From: an uncultured candidate division Zixibacteria bacterium
GTDB taxonomy: Bacteria; Zixibacteria; MSB-5A5; UBA10806
NCBI GenBank assembly: GCA_963801605.1
Contig: CAWDFP010000007.1
Location: forward strand, 288,001 to 352,000
Length of the DNA stretch: 64,000 bases
Direction: 5' to 3'
This document shows, piece after piece, positions 43,859 through 53,022 of the stretch (position 1 is the stretch's first letter; each line of letters begins with the position of its first letter). The position numbers and the translations under genes are program-made. The notes beneath the pieces were generated by a model. That model was not told the origin of the DNA, did not search any database, and saw only the letters and a program-made list of their open reading frames with translations.

Positions 43859-44145
43859 ATCAATTCCTCCGGCGGGACTATCGTCTCGACTATCTCTCGC
43901 GCCCTCGCTTCGCTTTCTTTCGAAACGAACAGGTTATAGTCGAAATAGCCTTGATTAAATGGCAGCATTCCACGGCTATGGTATCCGGCAACCGATTTAA
44001 CAAGCGCCGGAATCCCTTCGCTATCGAGCGCCTCAACCACCATTTCCAGATAAATCTGGCTCTTGGTTGTCAGCACTAACGATAAATCGCCATGTTGATC
44101 GCGCGAATTATCCTGCTTCTCGATCATACTGCCGGAAAATCTCAT
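43855..44145 (-). CDS. DUF2007-like small putative signalling protein
   Basis: EMVVEALDSEGIP...LFV......RAREIV pattern; ATGA-coupled on both sides. Confidence 0.65.
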   Translation of the reverse strand: MRFSGSMIEKQDNSRDQHGDLSLVLTTKSQIYLEMVVEALDSEGIPALVKSVAGYHSRGMLPFNQGYFDYNLFVSKESEARAREIVETIVPPEELI

Positions 44146-45476
44146 ACTACAGCCGCAAGCTCCGCAGCCAAATTATCGATTTGTTCTTTGGAACGCTTTT
44201 CCGTAACAGCGACCATCAAGCTTCCCCTCAAACCGAGATTGAACTTACCGAGATCGATTCCCGGCACAATCCCCTTTTTTGAAAGCTTGTTGATAAAATT
44301 AGTCGCCGATGCCGGAGCGTCAATTACGAATTCTTTGAAAAACGGCCCTTTGTATTTCAAAGAAAATCCGGGAATTGCCGTTATCTTACTTGCCGCATAA
44401 TGCGATTTCGAAAGACACAACTTTCCAACTTTCTCAAGGCCGATTTTTCCCAAAAGCGAAAGATAAACGGTCGCGGCCAGAGCGCAAAGCGCCTGGTTGG
44501 TGCAGATATTCGATGTTGCTCTATCGCGCCTGATATGCTGTTCTCTGGTCTGAAGCGTCAATACATATCCGGTGCGTCCATTTTTATCCTTGGTTCGTCC
44601 GGATAGACGGCCCGGAATGCGACGGATATAATCTTTTCGCGCCGAAAGTAATCCCAGGTACGGCCCGCCGAAATTGAGAGGCAGTCCCAGCGCCTGGCCT
44701 TCAGCTACCGCTATATCGACACCCATTTCTCCCGGAGACGCGAGAATCCCGAGAGACAATGGATCATAAACCATTATGAACGCGGCCCCAGCTTCTTTGG
44801 TTGGTTTAATCAATTCGGGAGTTTTCTCGATTATCCCAACGAAATTGGGGCTTTGAACTACTACCGCCGCCGTTTTATTGGTTAATTTGGCCTTTACATC
44901 GCTATGGCTTGTGAAGCCTTCAAAATCCTCTAGTGTACGAATTCTGATTTTCTGACCGGCGATATATGATCTCACGGTTGCGATATAATTGGGATTGACA
45001 AAACGCGAGATAAGCACTTCTCGTCTTCCGGTTTGTGCAACTGCCATCAGAATTGCCTCGGCTAAAGCGGTAGCGCCGTCGTACATCGAGGCATTAGTAA
45101 CTTCCATCGCCGTCAAACGGCTGATGAATGTTTGGAATTCGTAGATTGCCTGCAAAGTCCCCTGAGCGACTTCAGCCTGGTAGGGAGTATAAGCCGTGTA
45201 AAATTCGGAACGCAGAAGAATATGATCGACAGCGGCGGGCGCGAAATGATCGTATGCTCCCCCGCCGGTAAAATTAGCCGGTGCGTTAGTATTCTTAGCC
45301 GCCAGCTCCTTCAACAAAACAGTCAGTTCATGCTCTGAGAGCGCCTTGGGCAGGCTCAGCGGCTTATCGAGCAGAACATCCGGTGAGATACATTTTACCA
45401 AATCCGTAAACTCGGCGGCGCCGATCTCACTGAGCATCTGCCGACGGACTTCCGGTGAATTGGGTATATAACTCAT
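44142..45476 (-). CDS. gcvPA: Glycine dehydrogenase (decarboxylating) subunit 1
   Basis: EFYTAYTPYQAEVAQG, NASMYDGA, LQTREQHIRR..ATSNICTN. Confidence 0.95.
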   Translation of the reverse strand: MSYIPNSPEVRRQMLSEIGAAEFTDLVKCISPDVLLDKPLSLPKALSEHELTVLLKELAAKNTNAPANFTGGGAYDHFAPAAVDHILLRSEFYTAYTPYQAEVAQGTLQAIYEFQTFISRLTAMEVTNASMYDGATALAEAILMAVAQTGRREVLISRFVNPNYIATVRSYIAGQKIRIRTLEDFEGFTSHSDVKAKLTNKTAAVVVQSPNFVGIIEKTPELIKPTKEAGAAFIMVYDPLSLGILASPGEMGVDIAVAEGQALGLPLNFGGPYLGLLSARKDYIRRIPGRLSGRTKDKNGRTGYVLTLQTREQHIRRDRATSNICTNQALCALAATVYLSLLGKIGLEKVGKLCLSKSHYAASKITAIPGFSLKYKGPFFKEFVIDAPASATNFINKLSKKGIVPGIDLGKFNLGLRGSLMVAVTEKRSKEQIDNLAAELAAVV

Positions 45477-45853
45477 AACTTCTTCAGTAAAGCCTCATAA
45501 TCTGCCGCCGACAGAAGCGATTGCAATTCTCCGGCGTTTGAATACTTAATTTTGATGATCCAGCCGTTGCCGTAGGGATCCTTGTTAATGACTGCCGCCT
45601 CATTGGCAACCTCACCATTAACAGCAACCACTTCGCCCGAGATCGGGCTGAAAAGATCGGAGATTGCCTTAACGGCTTCGATAGTCCCAAAGGCTTTCAT
45701 CTGCTGGACTTTGGTACCGATCTTTGGCATTTCCACGAATACGATATCGCCGAGTTCCCCGGCGGCGTAATCTGTAATGCCGATAATTGCTACGTTATTC
45801 TCAACTTTGACCCATTCATGCTCTTTGGTATATTTCAAATCGCTGGGTATCAC
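45473..45853 (-). CDS. gcvH: Glycine cleavage system H protein
   Basis: YTKEHEW, GITDYA..LGDIVFVE, lipoyl-Lys IEAVKA, DPYGNGW. Confidence 0.95.
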   Translation of the reverse strand: MIPSDLKYTKEHEWVKVENNVAIIGITDYAAGELGDIVFVEMPKIGTKVQQMKAFGTIEAVKAISDLFSPISGEVVAVNGEVANEAAVINKDPYGNGWIIKIKYSNAGELQSLLSAADYEALLKKL

Positions 45854-47245
45854 ATTTCCTCCTTGGCCAATTGGCCTTCCTTAGACTCAGATTCATTTGC
45901 CCCGGTTGCCATAAACTTCTCAACAAAGGTATTATCATAAAGACCTAAAACAAAATCGCTATCCTTAAATACTCGCTTGTAGAAATCCCTCGTAGTGGGG
46001 ATTCCCTCGATTACAAGCTCATCCAAACACCGCAATACTTTGCTAATAGCCTCCTGACGGTTCCTGCCTGAAACAATAAGTTTGGCCAAAAGCGAATCAT
46101 AATTCGGCGGCACGTCGTACCCGCAATAAATATGAGTATCGACTCGCACGTTATGCCCGCCGGGAGCGATAAAGTTTGTTATCCTGCCGGGAGCTGGAGC
46201 GAAATTGCGCTCGGGATCTTCGGCATTGATTCGGCATTCGAAGGTATGCCCGGAAAAAGTAATTTCCTGTTGACTGAATGGTAACTTTTCTCCGGCCGCG
46301 ACCCTGATCTGCTCTTGCACCAGATCAATTCCGGTAACTTCCTCTGTAACCGGATGCTCCACCTGGATTCTGGTATTGGCCTCCATAAAGTAGTAGTTGC
46401 CGGACGGAATCAACTAAAAACTCGAAAGTTCCGGCGTTGGTATATCCCGCCGCCTTAGCCCCCGCAATAGCGGCCTGGCCCATCTTTTCGCGAAGGGGCA
46501 CAGTCATTACCGGCGACGGTGATTCCTCGATAAGCTTTTGATGACGGCGTTGAACTGTACAATCGCGTTCGCCCAAATGGACCACATTGCCATGCAGGTC
46601 AGCCAATATTTGTATCTCTATATGTCTCGGCTGAGCGATGTATCTTTCGAAGTAAACATCTGGATTTGCGAATGCTACGCTGGCCTCACCGCGTGCCCCG
46701 TCATAGTGTTTCTTTAGATCGGATGCTGCTGTCACCAAGCGCATGCCTCGCCCGCCGCCTCCAGCTACCGCTTTGATCATGATCGGGTAGCCTATTTGCT
46801 CGGCAATTGCCTCGGCGTTTTTATAATCGTCAACCACCCCGTCGGAGCCGGGAATTACACTTACTCCGGCGTTTTTCATCGTCTTTTTGGCCAGCGCCTT
46901 GTCTCCCAACGAACGGATGACATCATGTTTGGGGCCGATAAAGGTCATGTTGCACGATTGGCAGATTTCGGCAAAATCCGGATTTTCCGCTAAAAAGCCG
47001 TAACCCGGATGAATCGCATCGGCGCCCGTAATTTCCGCGGCCGAAATAATCCGACGCGGATCAAGATAGCTTTCCCCCGGCTGCGGAGGCCCGATACAAA
47101 TCTTTTCATCGGCATACCGCACGTGAAGGGAATTGAGATCAGCCTCGGAATAAACGGCGACTGTCTTGATACCGAGCTCTTTGCAGGCTCTGATTATCCG
47201 AAGAGCTATCTCTCCCCTGTTGGCAATTAAAATTTTTTCAAACAA
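45850..47245 (-). CDS. accC: Biotin carboxylase; frameshift near 46405
   Basis: [56 protein letters not shown]. Confidence 0.92.
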
Positions 47246-47419
47246 AGCTTATCCCCTCTGTTTTATCAAAAACCAAGCCATTAATATACCATAATTCAAG
47301 CATCAATCAAAGAGTTTTTGGATGATAACTTAAGTTTATGTATGACTTCAAATTATTTTAATAGGAATCGTTTCGAATAAATTGATGAAATTAAGTTGGC
47401 AGTCGATTCTAAGTAATCT

Positions 47420-47450
47420 AAAGGGCCGCCCATTTCTGAACGGCCCCTTT
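47420..47450 (-). terminator. Hairpin after large secreted protein gene
   Basis: aaagggccg/cggccccttt. Confidence 0.5.
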
Positions 47451-47520
47451 CACCATTGGTGGTTCTATTTAGCCTGCAAGCTACCTAATGCTTTTGGCCA
47501 TTGTGCTATGACGTCACTTT

Positions 47521-50500
47521 CTATCTTGCCGGAGGGCAATCCGCGCAAGGATGAACCGCTGGTCCTCCCTTAAAATAACTTACCATAAAGGTCACATCGA
47601 GCCCGTTGAAAGAACATGACGCGTTGACGTCACCGGCTACATACCAGGTATGGCCCGGCGTACACTCACAACTGTATGGCGGAGGAGCGCCGCCTTTGAA
47701 GTAACCAACTGAATAGGTAACGTCGAGACCGTTGAATGAACCGGAATTGTTGGCATCGCCCACAATATACGTGCAGCCCTGCGGAGCGGTCTCAAGGCAA
47801 GGATTTTCTAAAGTGCGGGCTAAACCGGCGCGGGAAATAATATTGGCCGCGCTCGAACCGCCGATCTGAGCAAAAACCACAGTTACTGAATCGCCGGGAG
47901 CTATGGTGTACGGACCGGTGCTGATCATCGATCCCATATCGGTGTAGTAGTAAGGCATACCATCGACATCTGCCGATAATCGCGCCCACATCGAATCAGG
48001 CAGCCATCCGCTGTTGGGATAACTATATATCTCCTGACTGATAGATGTCAAATTCCTGAGCGGGGAATCGCTGACAAGCGCCCATCCATCATAAAAACTG
48101 GTCCCTATGCCCTGCTGAATGACTACCCCGTTAGCCCTGTCGAGAAACACGGTATCTGCCGTATCTACATCCCAATCCATATAAATACCGGCGAACAGAT
48201 TTGTAACCGCCGAGGATCCCGTATTAACCAGTCGATAGGTATGCAGGAATAGATCCACCGCCTCTGGTGGAGTGGTGTATCCCGCTCCGCAATAGCGGAC
48301 ATCAATGCCTAAAACATCGCCGTCGTCAAAACCGGCATTCGGATGGAACGGATCAGTCAAATCGAGATCGACATTACCTCTGGGTGGGGTCATCTCCGGA
48401 TTGTCTCCGTATTTCCACCAGAGATGGCTGGCGGAATTGCCGAAGACAAATGTTCCGGCGTAATCCTTGGCTCCCATGTTACGCCAGTTGAATGTATTCC
48501 CCTGAAGGGCATTTTCACCGAGAGCCGCAAAATTACTGACACCGACGTTGGGCACATTGCCGGTTCGAGCCAAACCAACCTGCGGAAAATCCGGGTTAGC
48601 CTCCCACGAGCAGCTTATCCAGTAGGTACTGCCGCATGGAATCTGGGTATAGCCTTGCTGGACCGACGCAAATAGCCAGTAGGTGCCATTTAATAATGCT
48701 GTCTGAATAACGGCAGTATCGCACGGTCCGGCGGACGCGGAGAATGAAATTCGCAAACTGTCGCATTCATAGCCGGCAGGACCGGGCTTAATAATAAAGA
48801 TATCCAGCGGAAATTCACCTGAGCCTGTATAGGTGAACGTGCCCCGCGTTGGCAGGTTAAGTAGATACCAATCGGTATCTCTCATTGTTGTGTCGTTTCG
48901 CACATACCATCCGGTTGTGCCGCAAATTGTCTGGCCGGGCGTAATTGGTGAGAAATTCACCGGCGTTTCATTGCAGCCGGCATTGAAGTTGTCGTAATAG
49001 CCGGGAGCGCAATCAGGCTCTCCTTCCGGAATAGCGAGCGGCGGGCATTCAACCATGCATGGGGTTACGGCAGTGATAGTTAAGTTATAATCCTGGCAGT
49101 TCTCGATTGGTTCATAAGTATCAACCAGGATATAGTACGTTCCGGCCGCCAAAGTGAGATTGGTAATTTTGGATGCCCCATACTCGGGCGTTGTACACCC
49201 GTCATCGTCTTCCGCGATAAAAGTGGTGCCACCGCAATCGTTCTCGCCCCAAACACCCAACCAGGTGTCGTACGTATTAGGAACGGTATTGCACAGCGAT
49301 ATATCCATGGTTGTTTCTTCACTCAAAACCATTTGATATACCACATCAGGACCTGTAAGATTGGAGGATGGCTGATAATCATCAGTCATATCGCAATTGG
49401 AACGAGTGTCAGTAAAGGGAATGCTGGGAATGCTTATCGGTACCGTACAGTTATCGCCGATTGTCGGAGTTGTAATCGTAAAGTTATAATTCGCGAATCC
49501 TGGAGGACGCGGCAAACCGCCATATTGGGCGGGAAGGATCTGTACGTAATATGTTCCGGCTGTCAGCGTTGCTGTAAACGATAGGTCTTCGCATGGTGGA
49601 ACGATATAGCCCGTAATAAAAGTGCCCGGACAAGGCGACCTGAATATGTACACGAGAAGTAGAAAATCGGCCTTGCCCTGGACAAGAATATCATCATCCG
49701 TGGCCAGAGTAAACTCATACCAATCAATATCTCTGTTAGCATAAGGGTACTTGACCCAGGTGGCGGTAGTCCCGCACATCGTTTGACCTATAGTATAGGG
49801 CGTAAATGGCCCGCCCGGCGATGTGCATCCCAGATTGTAGGTGTCGACATAGTCCGAATCAGCTATAACCTCGCCTTCCGGTATTCCTCCGGGTGGGCAA
49901 GTGGCCGTGCACGGCTGTTCGGTGCAGCTCAAGATCGCATGATAATATCCCGGTGTGCCGGCGCCTAATGTCCTAACTCTGAAATAATAGGTTCCGGGAG
50001 GTACAAATTGCGCATACATATCCGCAAAGCCGCTGCTGGGAGAATCATAACCAATGAGGGCTGAAAATAGTGAGGTTGTCGTATCGTACAGCTGCACTCT
50101 GGCTCCTGCAATTGCGGGTTCGCATTCCGCGCGATCCGGAGCATAAGTATAAACCTCAACTTGCCACAGCGGATAGGTGTTGTCCAGCGTGAATACAAAA
50201 TAATCGCTTGGATCAGTGCTGTTGTCCAGATAACCGCAAAAAACGGTATCTCCATTACTAATCGGGTTTGCCTCTTCTCTCAAGTTATTTGGTTCGGTAT
50301 CTTCAACCTGAACCAAAGTTGTCGGTGAATTAATGCGAATTGGCAAACCGTAATCCAGCGACATATCTGCGGCGTCGTATTCAATTTTGTTTTCCGGTAA
50401 TTGCCCGTTGGCAAGATGAATTGCTCTTGAGGACGATTGTACGGTTGAGGCAGGCGCTCCTTGAAGAGCCATTTGTGATGTACTCAGATTTTGATGCCCC

Positions 50501-50580
50501 TCGCGAATCGCCGTTGATGCCGCATTTCCAAGAGCGTATACCGCAAATAGTGCCAATACTAACAACAATAACTTCTTCAT
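47521..50580 (-). CDS. Large secreted Cys-rich repeat protein with PPC-like modules and dockerin-like C-terminus
   Basis: Signal peptide; EDTEPNN; two CPP..IPEGE...GC...CGTT...RD.DWY modules; L.AGTYY; GDANNSGSFNGLDV and GDVNASCSFNGLDV. Confidence 0.8.
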   Translation of the reverse strand: MKKLLLLVLALFAVYALGNAASTAIREGHQNLSTSQMALQGAPASTVQSSSRAIHLANGQLPENKIEYDAADMSLDYGLPIRINSPTTLVQVEDTEPNNLREEANPISNGDTVFCGYLDNSTDPSDYFVFTLDNTYPLWQVEVYTYAPDRAECEPAIAGARVQLYDTTTSLFSALIGYDSPSSGFADMYAQFVPPGTYYFRVRTLGAGTPGYYHAILSCTEQPCTATCPPGGIPEGEVIADSDYVDTYNLGCTSPGGPFTPYTIGQTMCGTTATWVKYPYANRDIDWYEFTLATDDDILVQGKADFLLLVYIFRSPCPGTFITGYIVPPCEDLSFTATLTAGTYYVQILPAQYGGLPRPPGFANYNFTITTPTIGDNCTVPISIPSIPFTDTRSNCDMTDDYQPSSNLTGPDVVYQMVLSEETTMDISLCNTVPNTYDTWLGVWGENDCGGTTFIAEDDDGCTTPEYGASKITNLTLAAGTYYILVDTYEPIENCQDYNLTITAVTPCMVECPPLAIPEGEPDCAPGYYDNFNAGCNETPVNFSPITPGQTICGTTGWYVRNDTTMRDTDWYLLNLPTRGTFTYTGSGEFPLDIFIIKPGPAGYECDSLRISFSASAGPCDTAVIQTALLNGTYWLFASVQQGYTQIPCGSTYWISCSWEANPDFPQVGLARTGNVPNVGVSNFAALGENALQGNTFNWRNMGAKDYAGTFVFGNSASHLWWKYGDNPEMTPPRGNVDLDLTDPFHPNAGFDDGDVLGIDVRYCGAGYTTPPEAVDLFLHTYRLVNTGSSAVTNLFAGIYMDWDVDTADTVFLDRANGVVIQQGIGTSFYDGWALVSDSPLRNLTSISQEIYSYPNSGWLPDSMWARLSADVDGMPYYYTDMGSMISTGPYTIAPGDSVTVVFAQIGGSSAANIISRAGLARTLENPCLETAPQGCTYIVGDANNSGSFNGLDVTYSVGYFKGGAPPPYSCECTPGHTWYVAGDVNASCSFNGLDVTFMVSYFKGGPAVHPCADCPPAR

Positions 50581-50879
50581 ATCTTTCTCCCTTAACTTAG
50601 ATGGGATTATTATTCTAAGTAACCAAACGCGATTAGCCTGATCTCCTTTTTGGTCAATTGGTTAAAAGAATGAAGGCGTCAATACTAATAGTTAAAGTTT
50701 CTATCTCCTCGCTGACCTCCTTTCGAGAAAACACTTAAAACGACGGTTGATTGATAAAGCTTTATAAGTATATAATAGATCGCTTCTAGCCCATTCTAAA
50801 TAAATGGGCTTTTTGGTATTTTGTCAATATTTTTTTTGGGGGAAAGCCGATTATTAATGCCAGGAGGCAGTTTATACTT

Positions 50880-50966
50880 CGGAGAGGCAGGGATTCGAAC
50901 CCTGGGAGCCCTCACAGGCTCAACGGTTTTCGAGACCGCCCCTTTCGACCGCTCAGGCACCTCTCC
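50880..50966 (-). tRNA. tRNA-Ser(CGA)
   Basis: GGAGAGG/CCTCTCC stem, gcggt-CTCGAAA-accgt, long variable arm, GGTTCGAATCC, G discriminator; CCA not encoded. Confidence 0.95.
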
Positions 50967-50981
50967 GAGGTTGAATATAGA

Positions 50982-51262
50982 GAAAGCCGTCATTTCCGGC
51001 AAGAGCATTGTGACTGACCTTCAAGACGGGGTTCCGCTCGTCCCGATTAAAAATCGGGACGCGGAAATCCGATTCGCGCTGGCTTTCAGGCAATCATTGG
51101 AGTGGTATGCTTAGTTTGGTCCAGAGGAACTCAGATAGCATGACTACCGCGCAATCGCATTTCCGTCTTTCGGTCCCCTGTACCGAAAGGCGGAAGCCCG
51201 GCCACGCCTCTTCCCTCATCTTAACGATAGCCATAGGTCAGACGCCCTGGTGTCCAACTTTC
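50982..51262 (-). ncRNA. Candidate ~280-nt structured RNA of unassigned family
   Basis: Nested long-range helices and internal hairpins found by hand; most imperfect pairs read as G-U on the minus strand. Confidence 0.55.
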
Positions 51263-51342
51263 CGTATACTGATAATCCCTTAGAAACTCCTTGACAGATT
51301 ATCTCTATCGGGCTATTTAGGATTAAAATTACTGGAGGTGAT

Positions 51343-51684
51343 ATGAAAAAATTAATCGCGATAACCATTTTAGCACTTGCCATGTTTGCGATCAGTTGCG
51401 ACCGTCAAAAGGCGCTCGATAGGGTCATGGCCGATCCTCAAATGAAAAATTATCTTATGGGTGAAATGCTGAAAAATGAAACCACCAAAGCCCAATTGAC
51501 AGATTCGATATTCGCCGACACCATGATTACCAGTCGATATCTCGACAAGCTTATTTCGGACGAAAATGCGCGCACCGATCTTTTTAACAGAATGCTTCGT
51601 GTCGACCCCACGGGTGATTGGCTTATAAGGAAATTATCGGAAAATCCGGATATTAAAACTAAAATGCGCCAGTTGCCCAAATAA
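51343..51684 (+). CDS. Small helical lipoprotein, unknown function
   Basis: MKKLIAITILALAMFAISC lipobox; GGAGGTG RBS; TTGACA-N17-TATTTA upstream. Confidence 0.8.
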   Translation: MKKLIAITILALAMFAISCDRQKALDRVMADPQMKNYLMGEMLKNETTKAQLTDSIFADTMITSRYLDKLISDENARTDLFNRMLRVDPTGDWLIRKLSENPDIKTKMRQLPK

Positions 51685-51703
51685 TTTCGCAAAATTATAT
51701 TTT

Positions 51704-51743
51704 AAAAGCCGCTCGGATTTATTGAAGAGCGGCTTTTATTTTT
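51704..51743. terminator. Bidirectional terminator
   Basis: aaaagccgctc/gagcggctttt between convergent genes. Confidence 0.8.
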
Positions 51744-51790
51744 AGCTAGATTATTTTTGAATAGTGCTAAACAAATATAAACGTTGATTA

Positions 51791-53020
51791 TTATCGATTA
51801 GAATTCTTTTCTATTTTTTCCATCAAACGCCTCTGACGCTTTTTTAATCCTATCAACGTATTTTGAAACGATGATTCCGAAACATATTCGCGATCAAATT
51901 CGATTATTCGGAGAGCTAAATTGGTATAATCAAGCGCCTTTTGATGATCCTTGAGCCGATGTTCATGATACTTGGCCAGCTCGATATGGGGATAACATCC
52001 AAAACGTCCCGAGCGAAGCATCTTATTCCAGATTTTTAGAGCTTCACCCCAATCTTTCATTTTACTGGCGGCCCGGGAATGCAGCCGCAGACTTTCGTCG
52101 GCAATATCGCGCGATGAAAATTGCGGTTTGATACATGAAAAAAGCTCCCTGGAACGCTGCCACTGGCCGGTTTTAAATAGTATCCGTCCCAATGAGAGAA
52201 ATAAAAGATCATCTTCGTAGGAATGCTCTAACGCCAACTCCACTCGTCGTAACGTTTCCTGCGCCAGCATATAAAGACTGACTATATCGTTGCGGTTATG
52301 ATTTAGAATCGGAAGCAGTATTGTTTCATCGCGATTTTGCAGATAATCAAAATAGATTCGCGGGATCAAATGCCCCGGCACATCATCTTCCCTTTCGAAC
52401 CCCACGATCTTTGCCTCGAGATTCGTAAGATTCAAAGAATCAAAATGCCGCTTGTATAATCGACGGCAGGGATGGATGAAATCCAAATGATGATGATCGC
52501 CGAATGGTATCTCCATACGATTGATACGAAATCTGGTGCGTAGCAGCGGCATATCGAAAGTTTTGCCGTTATATGTAAGAATCGATGTAGTCCCTGCCAG
52601 GTCCGATGCAAAAGCGCTGAGTTGTGCCGGTTCCTCGGAAAAATCACGAAGAATATATTGCCTGACTACAAATTGTTTATCCGCCCAGAAACCGATCCCG
52701 ATGATGAATGGATATGTACCGGTGCCGCCTGCCAGGCCGGTTGTTTCGGTATCGATTACAGCTGCCTTATCGAATCCAAAACCGCCCCGGTAGCAGAAAG
52801 GATCGAGGATTTCGAGAGACGAACTTGGCACCTGCGAACGAAGTTCCACCTGGCCATGCAAATACCCCTCATCGAATAATGTCTCGATCATCCAGATCGG
52901 GCCATAATCCGTTTGACGAACAGACCCTTCCGGCGGAATCTTAAAAAGATCGGGCTTCTGAGCCTTGGGATTCGCTTTTGCCTGTCTTAGCGCCTCATAT
53001 AGTCGTTTTTCAAGATCCAT
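51791..53020 (-). CDS. YprB/MrfB-like DEDD exonuclease (RNase_H_2) with TPR tail
   Basis: IDTETTGL.GG.GT.PF, TYNGKTFD.P, HNRNDI, IELAKYHEH. Confidence 0.85.
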   Translation of the reverse strand: MDLEKRLYEALRQAKANPKAQKPDLFKIPPEGSVRQTDYGPIWMIETLFDEGYLHGQVELRSQVPSSSLEILDPFCYRGGFGFDKAAVIDTETTGLAGGTGTYPFIIGIGFWADKQFVVRQYILRDFSEEPAQLSAFASDLAGTTSILTYNGKTFDMPLLRTRFRINRMEIPFGDHHHLDFIHPCRRLYKRHFDSLNLTNLEAKIVGFEREDDVPGHLIPRIYFDYLQNRDETILLPILNHNRNDIVSLYMLAQETLRRVELALEHSYEDDLLFLSLGRILFKTGQWQRSRELFSCIKPQFSSRDIADESLRLHSRAASKMKDWGEALKIWNKMLRSGRFGCYPHIELAKYHEHRLKDHQKALDYTNLALRIIEFDREYVSESSFQNTLIGLKKRQRRLMEKIEKNSNR

Positions 53021-53022
53021 CG

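Noticed and set aside
34551..47245. Programmed frameshifting or true pseudogenes for gdhA, gcvPB and accC
   Set aside because: No slippery motif at the junctions, both sides are well conserved, and the same single-insertion pattern recurs across the window
47246..47520. Glycine riboswitch or hidden accB upstream of accC-gcv
   Set aside because: AT-rich; no glycine aptamer motifs and no frame with EAMKM seen
38808..50966. Genomic island or prophage bounded by the two tRNAs
   Set aside because: No integrase, no duplicated tRNA 3' end seen, and the content is housekeeping (gcv, accC)
50796..51114. ORFs 50796-51008 (-) and 50821-51114 (+)
   Set aside because: Both overlap tRNA-Ser and have no protein features
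50982..51262. Assigning the structured element to SRP RNA, RNase P, tmRNA or a cobalamin/lysine riboswitch
   Set aside because: Only short partial resemblances; no GGAAG..AGCAG helix 8, no GAGGAAAGUC, no tRNA-like ends, and a tRNA rather than an mRNA follows
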